DNA of 64,000 bases from Ranitomeya imitator (taxonomy: Eukaryota). The position numbers and the translations under genes are program-made. This document shows, one piece after another, positions 23,566 through 34,305 of the stretch (within the stretch, counting starts at the first letter, position 1; the number at the start of each line of letters is the position of its first letter). The stretch spans positions 13,888,001-13,952,000 of the forward strand of contig NC_091288.1 of NCBI RefSeq assembly GCF_032444005.1, read 5' to 3'. The notes under the pieces were generated by a model that made no database searches, was not told the origin of the DNA, and saw only the letters and a program-made list of their open reading frames with translations.

Positions 23566-25034
23566 CAGGCACTTCTCATAATATTAGAATATCATCAAAA
23601 AGTGAATTTATTTCAGTTCTTCAACGCAATAAGTGAATCTCCTATATTATACAGAGCCATTACACACAGAGTGATCGATTTCACATGGTTATTTCTGTTA
23701 ATGTTGATGATTATGGCTTACAGACAATGAAATCCCAAAAGTCATTATCTCAGTAAATTAGAATAATTTATAACACCAGCTTGAAAATTTATTTTAAAAT
23801 CCGAAATGTCGTCCTACTGAAATGTACGATCAGTAAATGCACTCAGTACTTGGTCAGGAATCATTTTCCATCAGTAACTGCATCAATGCAGCGTGGCATG
23901 GAGGCGATCAGCCTGTGGCACTGCTGAGGGGTTATGGAAGCCCAGGTTGCTTTGATAGCAGCCTTCAGCTCGTCTGCATTGTTGGGTCTGGTGTCTCATC
24001 TTCCTCTTGACAATACTCCGTAGATTCTCTATGGGGTTAAAGTCAGGCGAGTTTGCTGCCAATAAAGCCCACTGATACTGTTGTTTTTACACCAGGTATT
24101 GGTACTTTTGGCAGTGTGGACAGGGGCCAAGTCCTGCTGGAGAATGACATTTCCATCTCCAGAAAGCTTGTTGGCAGAGGGAAGCATGAAGTGCTCTAAA
24201 ATGTCCTGGTAGACGGCTGCGCTGACTTTAGTCTTGATAAAACACAGTGGACCTACCCCAGCAGATGACATGGCTCCCAAACAATCACTGATTGTGGAGA
24301 CTTCACACCAGACCTCCAGCAGCTTGGATTGTGGCCTCCACTCTTCCTCCAGACTCTGGGACCTGGATTTCAAAATAAAATGCTAAATTTCCTTTCATCT
24401 GAACACAACACCTTGGACCACTGACAACAGTCCGGTTCTTCTCCTCCTTGGCCCAGGTAAGACGCTTCTGGCGTTGTCTATTGGTCATGAGTGGCCGGAC
24501 ACAAGGAATGTGACACTTGTCGCCCATGTCCTGGAGACATCTGTGTGTGGTGGATCTTGAAGCAATGACTCCAGCAGCAGTCCACTCCTTGTGCACCTTT
24601 TTCTACCACACTTTTCCTTCCACTCCACTTTCCATTAATATCGTTGGATACAGCACTCTGTGAACAGTCGGCTTCTTTAGCAATGACCTTTTGCAGCTTC
24701 CCCTCCTTGTGGAGTGTGTCAGTGACGCCTTCTGGACATCTGTCAGGTCAGGAGTCTTCCCCATGATTGTGGAGCTACTGAAACAGACTAAGGGGCCTTT
24801 ATAAACGCTTAGGAGCCTTTGCAGTTGTTTATTGTTAATTATTCTAATTTACTGAGATAATGACTTCTGGGTTTTCATTGGCTGTAAGAAATAATCATCA
24901 ACATTAACAGAAATAAAACCGTAAAATAGATCACTCTGTGTGTAATGACTCTACATATGAGATTCACTTTTTGTATTGAAGAAATGAAACAAATTCACTT
25001 TTTGATGATTTTCTAATTTTGTGAGAAGCACCTG
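23566..25034 (-). mobile_element. Degenerate Tc1-family transposon with long TIRs
   Basis: TA|CAGGCACTTCTCATAATATTAGAATATCATCAAAAAG ... TTTTGATGATTTTCTAATTTTGTGAGAAGCACCTG; transposase fragments (ASRSTTHRCLQDMG; ILQQDLAPVHTAKST). Confidence 0.88.
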
Positions 25035-25749
25035 CATGTGCACTGAACGAGCGCATAAATATGACATGATTGAAGACTTAGTAGGGGAAAATCTGCACCA
25101 AAACGCACGGAAAAGATGCACAAAAAAACTGGCAAAGAGTCGCCTATTTCATGCAGCGTTTTACTGCTAAAAGATGCAGAAATTTCTTAATGTGTGCACA
25201 TACCCCTACAGGGGATGGCCAGGCACAATCATATTGATGGTTAGTATACATCTGGTTAGTGGGGGTCCGCTATCCGACACCACAACTGATCAGCTGTTAT
25301 TTCCTCTGACAGCCACTGGAGCAAGGAACAGATTATTAGTGGGGATGCCGGGTGTCAGACCACCAGTGATCTGATATAGATGACCTGTCCAATATTTCCT
25401 CTTTGGACAATCCCTTTAATCACACATTTAAAGTGTATGTAGACTTTTAAAATATTTTTGTCTCAATGCATTTAAAATGAACAGTGAAGTAACCTTGCAA
25501 ATAGTCTTGGTTATATATCACCTACCGTTTTATGTATGCAGCTCCAATGCAGAGATGTGTTACAGCCTAGGAATAAACTGTGTAGTCTGAATTTGTGGTC
25601 TGTTTCTCCACCCTCCTTTAGCGACCTACAAGATGCAGAACAGCAGGTTCTGTTTACTCACAGGTGTTTTAGTTACATTACTGAAAGGAACAATATAAAA
25701 AGTATCCACAATATACAATCTATTTTGTAAAAAAAAAAAAAGTTATTTC

Positions 25750-26350
25750 ACTTGAGCCCTCTTCTTGATATGGCCCTTTCTTAGTATAGGTTCCTCCTTG
25801 GGATGGCCTCTCTTTAGTATGGCCTCCCCCTTGGTATGACCCATTCCTCGATATGGCTGCCTGCTTGGTATGGCCCTTTCCATGATATGGCCCTTTATTT
25901 TGTATGTTTTTTTCCGTGGTATGGCTCTTCCCTCGGTATGGCCCCCTTCCTTGGCATGGCCCCTTCTTTGATACAGACCTCTGCATGTTATAAACTCTTA
26001 ATTGGTATGGCCTCTCCGGGTTTGTTTCCCTCTTTTGTACGACGTCCTTCTTGGTATGGCCCCCTCCTTACTTCAGACCTCTTCTCGGTATAGCCCCTTG
26101 CTTGGTATAACACCTTGTTTGGTTTGTCCCCCTGCTTGGTATGTCGTCCTTCTTGGTATGGCCCCCTCCTTAGTATGGCCCCCTCCTTAGTATGGACCCC
26201 TCCATAGTATATTTCCCTCCTTGGTATATTATCCTTTTGGTACAGCCCCCTCCTAGTACGGACCTGTCCTTAGTACAGACCCCTCTTTGGTATGGCCCCT
26301 TCTTTGGCATGGCCCCTTCTTTGGTATGGCCCTTTCTTAGAATGCCCCCT
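25750..26350. repeat. Degenerate low-complexity repeat built on TGGTATGGCCCC(T/C)CTT
   Basis: Many GGTATGGCCC cores at ~17-20-nt spacing. Confidence 0.7.
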
Positions 26351-26462
26351 TGGAATGTTTTCTGAATCCTTCTTAAGCCTTTTATCCCTTTTGGACCCCA
26401 GCTCCCCCGTCCGTCCTGGAGACCCTATGTCTCCCCTTATGATCACCTTTCATCATCCAACA

Positions 26463-26590
26463 TTCCAAAGACATACTGATAGGGAATTTATATTGTGAGC
26501 CCCATTGGGGACAGCAATGATAATGTGTGCAAACTGTAAAGCGCTGCGTAATATGTTAGCGCTATATAAAAATAAAGATTATTATTATTA
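26463..26590 (+). mobile_element. 3' half of a V-type SINE with L2-like tail
   Basis: TCCAAAGACATACTGATAGGGAATT...GTAAAGCGCTGCG...GCGCTATATAAAATAAAGATTATTATT; homologous to the 3' part of the SINE at 59385-59654. Confidence 0.7.
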
Positions 26591-26812
26591 TCCTGCGCCC
26601 GTACTCTCCAATATGTACACAGATAATGCTGATGTCGCATCCTCACTAGTGCGCTTGCTCTACTCCATCCCGATGATCCCTCGTCTGCGGCCGGGTTACA
26701 TCAGCCCTGATACCGGCAACACTTGTAATGTCACTTACTATAAGCATCAGTATCACTTCTGCCTCCTGACTATTGGTGCAGCTATGCTGACGAATATTGT
26801 GACCATTTCCCG

Positions 26813-26866
26813 ATAATAATAATCTTTATTTATATAGCGCCAACATATTCCGCAGCGCTTTACATT
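26813..26866 (-). mobile_element. Isolated L2/SINE 3' tail
   Basis: ATAATAATAATCTTTATTTATATAGCGCCAACATATTCCGCAGCGCTTTAC, nearly identical to the tail at 9560-9607. Confidence 0.75.
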
Positions 26867-27169
26867 TTAACACGCAGTATGAACAGGTCGACGATCATCA
26901 AACAAACCAGAAAAATGCTCGTTCGTTGGGTGAAATTATCTTTTTATCTGGTATAAAAGTCTTCATTCTTGGCAGCACATCGTCCTGTACTGCCAGTATG
27001 TGCTGTCGAGAACAATGCTGCATTCTCCTGTCTGATCAGGTTATTGAGCACACGTAGCATCATTCTCGGCTCGTGTCGTGTCCATCCAGCCCCCACTTCT
27101 TGAGGCCTGTGCACAATATGGGGCACACAGATGTCATACACTATAGTCCATGAATGATCCAATGTTGTC

Positions 27170-29982
27170 CTAAATGCCTAATGATGATAAATATAATCCA
27201 CCTGTGTGTAATCAAGTCTCCGTATAAATTCACCTGCTCTGTGATAGTCTCAGGGTTCTGTTTGAAGCACAGAGAGCATCATGAAGACCAAGGAACACAA
27301 CAGGCAGGTCCGTGATACTGTTGTGGAGAAGATTAAAGCCGGATTTGGATACAAAATAATTTCCAAAACTTTAAACATCCCAAAGAGCACTGTGCAAGCG
27401 ATCATATTGAAATGGAAGGAGTATCATACCACTGCAAATCTACCAAGACCCGGCCGTCCCTCTAAACTTTCATCTCAAACAAGGAGAAGACTGATCAGAG
27501 ATGCAGCCAAGAGGCCCATGATCACTCTGGATGAACTGCAGAGATCTACAGCTGAGGTGGGACAGTCTGTCCATAGGACAACGATCAGTCGTACACTGCA
27601 CAAATCTGGCCTTTATGGAAAAGTGGCAAGCAGAAAGGCATTTCTCAAAGATATCCATAAAAAGTGGCGTTTAAAGATTGCAACAAGCCACCTGGGAGAC
27701 ACCAAACATGTGGAAGAAGGTGCTCTGGTCAGATGAAACCAAAATCAAACTTTTTGGCAACAATGCCAAACGATATGTTTGGCGTAAAGGCAACACAGCT
27801 CATCACCCTGAACACACCATCCCCACTGTCAAACATGGCGGTGGCAGCATCATGGTTTGGGCCTGCTTTTCTTCAGCAGGGACAGGGAAGATGGTTAAAA
27901 TTGTTGGGAAGATGGATGGAGCCAAATACAGGACCATTCTTGAAGAAAACCTGTTGGAGTCTGCAACAGACCTGAGACTGGGATGGAGATTTGTCTTCCA
28001 ACAAGACAATGATCCCAAACATAAAGCAAAATCTACAATGGAATGGATCACAAATAAATGTATCCAGGTGTTAGAATAGCCAAGTCAGAGTCCAGACCTC
28101 AATCCAACCGAGAATCTGTGGAAAGAGCTGAAAACTGCTGTTCACAAATGACCTCCATCCAACCTCACTGAGCTCCAGCTGTTTGCCAAGGAAGAACGGG
28201 CAAGAATTTCAGTCTCTCCATGTACAAAACTGATAGAGACAGAACCCAAGCGACTTGTGTGAGGAACCTGTATAAAATAAGTAGTAGTTTCTCTGCCTGT
28301 TAGCACCATAGCTGAGGGATTTTTGGCACTCCTAACCATGGTGCTGAGAAACACATGGTTGCTGTAAAACCCCCTTCTTTTTCCCCTTCCCATTACTTCA
28401 GAGTTTAGCTTTCCTTCTCAGAGAGTGTGGGGGTTTTAGGAGAGCCAAAGGTATTTACGACTGGCATTTCCTGCCGTGTAAGCTCTTGTCCAGCTATAAG
28501 TGAACTAGAAACTTCTAGGATTCATGCAAGTCCTTTGTCTTGTTTTTGCAAGATATTACACAACCCGTTTACGTAAAAAACACGAAAATATATATTCTTT
28601 ACACCCCTCGGTGGATCTATTCACCACATAAAACCTGAGCTTCTAGCTCCATCTAGTAAAGTAGGTATTTCTCTGTAAATATGCATCACAGATAGTACAT
28701 ATTTGATCTCATTAGAATGCCCATGTTAATCAGAGATGAATGCTGGGTTCGTTATGACTATGACATGTTTGGTAGCGAAGTTATAGAAATTAGAGAAAAT
28801 AGTTTAAAGTTTACTCAGAATGTAGAGAGAGGAGGGTCTGGATAAACCAGCCTTTCTGTGATGTCACAGCCTTAAGGTTTTAAGTGTCTGGCAGGCTCTG
28901 AGGAGTCACTTCTGCTTGATTTCTTGTCTCCTCCTGAGGCCAACAGCACGTCCAATGAGCTGGGACGTATGGTTGCCTGCCATGCTTTGAACATGTGAGT
29001 GTTACCTTTTCTCATTTAATCCCTGTTTATTTCATAATTACCCTTGTACATATTTGCAATTGTCTCATTTGTAACATCTTTATAAAATATTTTTGATAAA
29101 GCACTGCCTAATTTTTATGGGATATAATATTTATATTAGTTCATTCTCCATGCTCTAAACGTACCCTAAGTCTTCTGAAGGGAAATACGCTACTGTTGTG
29201 TTGGGTTAGCTTCGGACCCATTTAATCGAAGCTGGTGGCAGCGATAGTGTGCTGACTTTTGGGATTATGTTGTAGCGACTGCGGCGTTGATAATTATTGT
29301 TCCTGCCTGAGTGGGAGTAGTTTATTGCGTCGCTGCAGCGTGCCCAATAGCCAGTACATAGCAGGCAGCCTTTCTGGCGACTAATTACCCAGGGTGCAGT
29401 ACCTAATCTGACCTGAGAGTAAGGGGGGCGCCAGAGAGCTGCAAGTGTTAAGTGGAACTGTAAGCGGGATATACATAAATCCCTGCAGTTTGTGGTATAT
29501 TGAAAAGCAGTGGGATACCTAAAATAAGCCCCTGCTGTAAACTAAGAGGTCAATAGCCTTGTGTGTTTTCTCATCACATTGTAGCAGTGGAGGGATAACT
29601 AAGATAAGCCCCCCTGCACAGGTGATAGCCGTCTGTTGGCCTAAAGTCACCCCAACCCGTGACGTAGGGGTGACGGTCACGGTGTGAATCGTGACAAATT
29701 GGTGGCAGCGTTCAGGGGAATCCTGACAACTTGTAATCGCAGCAAAAGGCGGCGCAACAAAGTATTAAGTTACAGGGGCCGAATAATATTGCACCCCCAC
29801 TTTGCAGGTTTTAAATTTCCACAAAAATGTAAAATAACCAATAAATTTCATTCAACTTCACAATTGTGTTCCACTTGTTGATTCTTCACCAAAAATTTAC
29901 ATTTAGTATCTTTATGTTTGAAGCACGATATGTGGGAAAAGGTTGAAAAGTTCCAGGGGCCGAATACTTTCACAAGGCACTG
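27170..29982 (+). mobile_element. Tc1-family transposon (5' end missing), frameshifted transposase, split by an LTR insertion
   Basis: ORFs 27281-27736 (MKTKEHNRQVRD...) and 27678-28079 (WSDETK...QQDNDPKH). Tc1 sequence resumes at 29734 and ends ...TTTCACAAGGCACTG|TA at 29982. Confidence 0.92.
28258..29728 (+). mobile_element. Solo-LTR-like insertion (Gypsy-like), 1471 bp
   Basis: TG...CA termini flanked by ACTTG at 28253-28257 and 29729-29733; internal TGACA-AAT-TGGTGGCAGCG (29692-29710) resembles an LTR end plus tRNA-Leu PBS. Confidence 0.75.
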
Positions 29983-29984
29983 TA

Positions 29985-30448
29985 TGACATCACCTGACAC
30001 ATGATGTCACAGAGCCGCCGCTCTGCAATAGGGTGGAATGATGACATCATCACAAGCCTTAGATCCCAGCACTATATGGTGATTTAGGGGGTGCGGGTTT
30101 AGGGGTGCGGACACCATTGGGGCTCATATCTAAAATCTCTGCCATCACAGGAGCCATGATGTGAGGTCAGTCTGACCCCCTGCACTACTGTAACCAGCGG
30201 GGGGATGATGACAGAATGGTCCACAGTTTTTAGCCTGCACTGTATGATGTCATACTCTGGCTCTAGGTTCACTAGTGACGTCACCCTACAAGGTCTGCAG
30301 AGAAAGCAGCTGTCTGGTGAGCAGTAGACTATGATGTCACTGATCTGAAAACCTGCAGCCAAATGACGTCACGGTGTATTACATCTCTCCTTTGCACTGC
30401 GATCTCAGTCTTTGGAGCGTTAGTGACGTCATGGTCGTTATGACGTCA
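29985..30448. promoter_or_regulatory. Cluster of CRE/ATF sites upstream of CDK5R2
   Basis: Perfect TGACGTCA at 30276, 30364, 30424 and 30441; one-mismatch TGACATCA/TGATGTCA at 29985, 30002, 30042, 30245 and 30332. Confidence 0.7.
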
Positions 30449-30629
30449 TAGCGCACCACAGTGTAACTACGGAGGTGTCGTGCTGTGTGGACGGTTACCT
30501 AACCGCACGGCGCCTCCATAACACGGGGATGAAGCTCCGGCCTCCACCCGAATGCAGTCCCCACACCCACCCGCAAACCTGCAGCCTGCAGCCCACACAC
30601 AGCCTCCCCTCACCGAACATCGGACTGTG

Positions 30630-30676
30630 ATTGGAGGAGCCGCCTGTCGCTCACATCAGTGCTCGCCCCTGATTGG
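30630..30676 (-). promoter_or_regulatory. Pair of inverted CCAAT (NF-Y-type) boxes in the CpG-rich proximal promoter
   Basis: GATTGG with ATTGG at 30630-30634 and 30672-30676, 42 bp apart, just upstream of the GC-rich 5' leader. Confidence 0.55.
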
Positions 30677-30994
30677 CCGGCGGCGGCTGCTGCTCCCTCC
30701 CCCGGTGTCGGAGCTGTGATCCTCGGCGGTGAATGCTGCAGAGCGCAGTGGGGAGCGGGAGGAGCGGCCGTCACCGCGCACATCGCCGGCAGCACGACCC
30801 CGCCGCCCCCGGGCACTGCACCAAGACCCCCGGCACCTCCAGGAGCTCACCGGCATCACACAGGCGTGTCCTGCCGCCCAGGATCCCGGGATCTGCAGAG
30901 CAGGGGTCCACCCGGAGCGTGCAGCACTGCAGCAGGTACCCTGTGCACCCCCCACAGCTCCAGGTCACCGCTGCGCCCCCCTGCCACCCCCACC

Positions 30995-31960
30995 ATGGGC
31001 ACCGTCCTCTCCCTGTCCCCTGTGCCTGGCAAGGCAGGACCCCTGGATGAGAAGAAGCCAGAGCCCCCTGGGGTGGGAGGCGGATACCTGGCCATCCCCA
31101 ACAGCAAAAATGGAGGCAGCAAAGCGGAGAAAAGCCTTAAGAGACACTCCGTGCTCATCTCCGCGCTCACCTGGAAGAGGCTGGTGGCGGCTTCCGCCAA
31201 GAAGAAGAACGCCAAGAAGATTAACCCCAACCCTGGACCCATCCACGGCCCGCTGCTGCCCAACAACAACCCGGTGGAGCAGCTCAATCACGAGAACCTG
31301 CGGAAATCTCAGGTCAGTCCGGGTCGTAGGGAACCCAAGCCTGTGCCCGTGCCCACCGTACCCATCAGCTCCATCGAAGGCCAGAAGATCCAGCAACAGC
31401 AGCTGGTGGCCGTGCAGAAGCAAGCGAGCGGCCGGTCCCTGTGCTCGCCCCGTCGGGTCATAGTCCAGGCCTCCACCGGAGAGCTCCTCCGATGTCTAGG
31501 AGAATTCGTGTGCCGTCGCTGCTATAAACTGAAGGAGTTAAGTCCGGGAGAACCCACCATGTGGTTCCGAAACGTCGACCGATCACTTCTCCTTCAAGGC
31601 TGGCAAGACCAAGGCTTCATCACGCCCGCCAACTTGGTGTTTGTCTACCTGCTCTGTAGAGAGGCCATTGGGGATGAACTGGCCACCGAGTACGAGCTCC
31701 AAGCCGCGTTCCTCACTTGCCTCTACTTGGCTTATTCCTATATGGGCAATGAAATTTCCTATCCGCTCAAGCCCTTCCTGGTGGAGACTGACAAGGAGGT
31801 CTTCTGGCAACGCTGCCTGAGCATCATTGACCGGATGAGTGCCAAAATGCTGCAGATCAACTCCGACCCCCACTTTTTCACACAGGTCTTCCAAGATCTG
31901 AAGAATGAAGGCGAAACCAGAGAATCCATTGGGCACTGGACTATAAATTTGGACCGTTAA
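30995..31960 (+). CDS. CDK5R2: Cyclin-dependent kinase 5 activator 2 (p39), single coding exon, 321 aa
   Basis: Kozak CACCATGG; MGTVLSLSP (Gly2 myristoylation). p39-type [22 protein letters not shown], rather than p35 RHSIISVLPWKRIV. CDK5-activator core [20 protein letters not shown]...[12 protein letters not shown]...[26 protein letters not shown]; C-terminus HWTINLDR. Confidence 0.96.
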   Translation: MGTVLSLSPVPGKAGPLDEKKPEPPGVGGGYLAIPNSKNGGSKAEKSLKRHSVLISALTWKRLVAASAKKKNAKKINPNPGPIHGPLLPNNNPVEQLNHENLRKSQVSPGRREPKPVPVPTVPISSIEGQKIQQQQLVAVQKQASGRSLCSPRRVIVQASTGELLRCLGEFVCRRCYKLKELSPGEPTMWFRNVDRSLLLQGWQDQGFITPANLVFVYLLCREAIGDELATEYELQAAFLTCLYLAYSYMGNEISYPLKPFLVETDKEVFWQRCLSIIDRMSAKMLQINSDPHFFTQVFQDLKNEGETRESIGHWTINLDR

Positions 31961-32197
31961 GGGCAGAGGTTTGGGCGATGGGTAGGGTTTGGGTGAGGAC
32001 TCTAGGTATAACCAACAAAGTGTCCATGATCAACTTGAAGACTGGGGCGTAAGTCCAGGTCACCAGGCTGCGGACAGGAAATCGGGCTGTGGTCTACACG
32101 GGGCCACTGCTGCCCAAAAAGTTGGACCATTGCCTCATACGTTTACTGGAAAGGTTTGCAGCCTGCACACTGGTAGCAAAAGGGTTAAGAGAAACTC

Positions 32198-32270
32198 ATT
32201 GTTTTTGTTTTGTTTTTTCTTCTGGATTTGAAGGCTGACAGCGGTTTTATTTATTTTTGTATTTATTTTA
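32198..32270 (+). promoter_or_regulatory. U/AU-rich element in the presumed CDK5R2 3' UTR
   Basis: TTGTTTTTGTTTTGTTTTTTCT and TTTTATTTATTTTTGTATTTATTTTA, with ATTTA at 32249 and 32261. Confidence 0.4.
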
Positions 32271-33683
32271 GATTGTCTTATCAGTCGGTGGCTTGGAGGC
32301 CGCCCCTAGATCGTTCAGGGCCATCTCTAAGGCTTCTAGGTATTGGTGTTCTTCTTGCAGGATTTGGGCAGTGACCAGGTGGTTGTCAGAATTCATTTCT
32401 CCTCCAGGTCACCCGTCTTGTTTCCTAAGCTCTTCTATTTTATATTGTTTTCAGTGTCCTCGCTCCCCCACCCCCCATCATCAGAAGCTTGGAGGTCCCG
32501 TCCATCGCACACACAAGAACTAGGGACAGTAATGGTGGCTGTGGAGGGCGCACACTGCGGGGCACACTGAGCTGTTTTATAGGATACGGTGCTGCCCCCC
32601 GACCACCTGGGCATATACCATATGTGTTTCCTGCCGCAGGGGGTTTCTAGACCTCGTATCTGGGTCCGGACATTGCATATGTCAGATTTATCAAACATCT
32701 TATAGTATGTATGAATGTAACAAATACCGGAACACGAGAAATGCCGCAATCCGTCCGACACTGAAGCTGTTTAATGTGCCAACGGTGTTCAAATGTACAA
32801 AAAGCGTAATGTTTTATATTGTATAAAAGAAAAAAAAAGAACATAAAAGTGATTGGATCTCGTACGGAGTATGGCGCCTTCTTGGGTTCATAGACTCTGG
32901 TTATTGGCTTCTATCAGCAGATGGGTATATACCGGTGGTGTAAATGTATTCATACAGTGTCTGATCATAGTACTATTATCATGGGTGGATGGCATCTGGA
33001 TGAACGGTCACCAGATCTTACCCACATGGACCTTTTTCTTTTGGGGATTTATCAAAGATTTTGTATTTTCAAGAAAACCAAGGACAACGGCTGATAAGAT
33101 TATAATTCAGCTATTATTTACACTGTATCCTACTTCTGCTCCCCCGTATATGTGTAATCTATAAATATGAAGTATTAACAATAACAATCAGTGGACAGAT
33201 ACATAGATATCTGTAAATGTCCACTGATTCTTATTTTTCATACTTCATATTTACAAAACAGTAAATTGAAATGGTTACATTGTATCAATCTGTTTATCAT
33301 CTGCCAATATCTAGCTCATACTCATCTACTATCCTTCTCGCCATCAATCATGTACCTGTCTACTGTGTATATTTATCATATACCGATCTAGCTCATATGT
33401 CTCATCGATCTGCTTCATATCTATCTTTCATCTCTATTTATCTGTCTTTTATCCACCTCTTTCTTATCTATGTAATGATGTCATGTTTCCATGTCCAGGA
33501 GCAGTAACGTCAGGTGGTCGGTGACGCTTGCAGTGAATAGCGCTGCAGGATTTCCCACCCACACTGGAATTATCCATAATTTATATTCAGTATTTCATGG
33601 AAGCGAGAATGTCCTAGGAAACAAAGGCCGGAGCCGCTAATGCTCTTACCGGTGTCTGCACTGCTACGTTGTTGCACAGGACT

Positions 33684-33704
33684 GGTGCTGGCCTTGGTGC
33701 TGAA
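33684..33704 (-). promoter_or_regulatory. RE1/NRSE (REST-binding) element
   Basis: Minus strand TTCAGCACCAAGGCCAGCACC versus consensus TTCAGCACCACGGACAGCGCC (18/21); it fully matches the degenerate core NTYAGMRCCNNRGMSAG. Confidence 0.78.
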
Positions 33705-33888
33705 GCCTTAAGCCAATAATTCCTGCTCTGCTGTCAAGGTTTCATCTGCTGTTTTATAATGGGATTAGACTTTATCACTGCGCAGTTCAGACATTACCGA
33801 ATCCTGCCTCATTATTTCTATGGCTACAATGTATCGTGTTCCGTCACTACTGATAGGTTCTAATGGTAAAATGGCTGGGTGAGTTTAA

Positions 33889-34305
33889 AGGGAATCTGTC
33901 ATCGGGATTTTGCCACCTAATCTTAGAACAGCGTAACGTAGAGACTGACCCTGATTTCAGAGGTGTCACTTACTGGGCTGCTTGCTGTAGTTTTGATAAA
34001 ATCACCAGCAAGAGATTCACTAAAAGACTAGTAAACCTGCTGCCATGTGGTCCAACCCTGCCCCACCACTGATTGGCTGCTTTCTGCCTATGCAGAGTGT
34101 ATACAAAAAGCAGCCAATCAGTGATGTGGGTGGGATTATAGAGAGCTCAAATGCAGAGATTTGCTAGATCTGCAGCAGATAAAACTGTGATTTTATCAAA
34201 AGTCCAGCAATCAGCCCAGTAAGTGACATCACTGGAATTGGGGTCTCTGCTTCTACCCTATGCTGCTCTTCGATGGGGTAGCAAAAATCTGGTGACCGAT
34301 TCCCT
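33889..34305. mobile_element. TTAA-target MITE (Kolobok/T2-like)
   Basis: TTAA|AGGGAATCTGTCA ... TGACCGATTCCCT|TTAC. Confidence 0.7.

Noticed and set aside
30659-30994. CTG at 30659 as the true start of a 433-aa CDK5R2
   Set aside because: The ATG at 30995 has a perfect Kozak context and gives the conserved MGTVLSLSP myristoylation start; the upstream sequence is GC-rich leader or promoter.
31893-31920. CTGAAGA...GAAAC inside the CDS as a hammerhead
   Set aside because: No stem II, stem I or NUH triplet; explained by codons for DLKNEGET.
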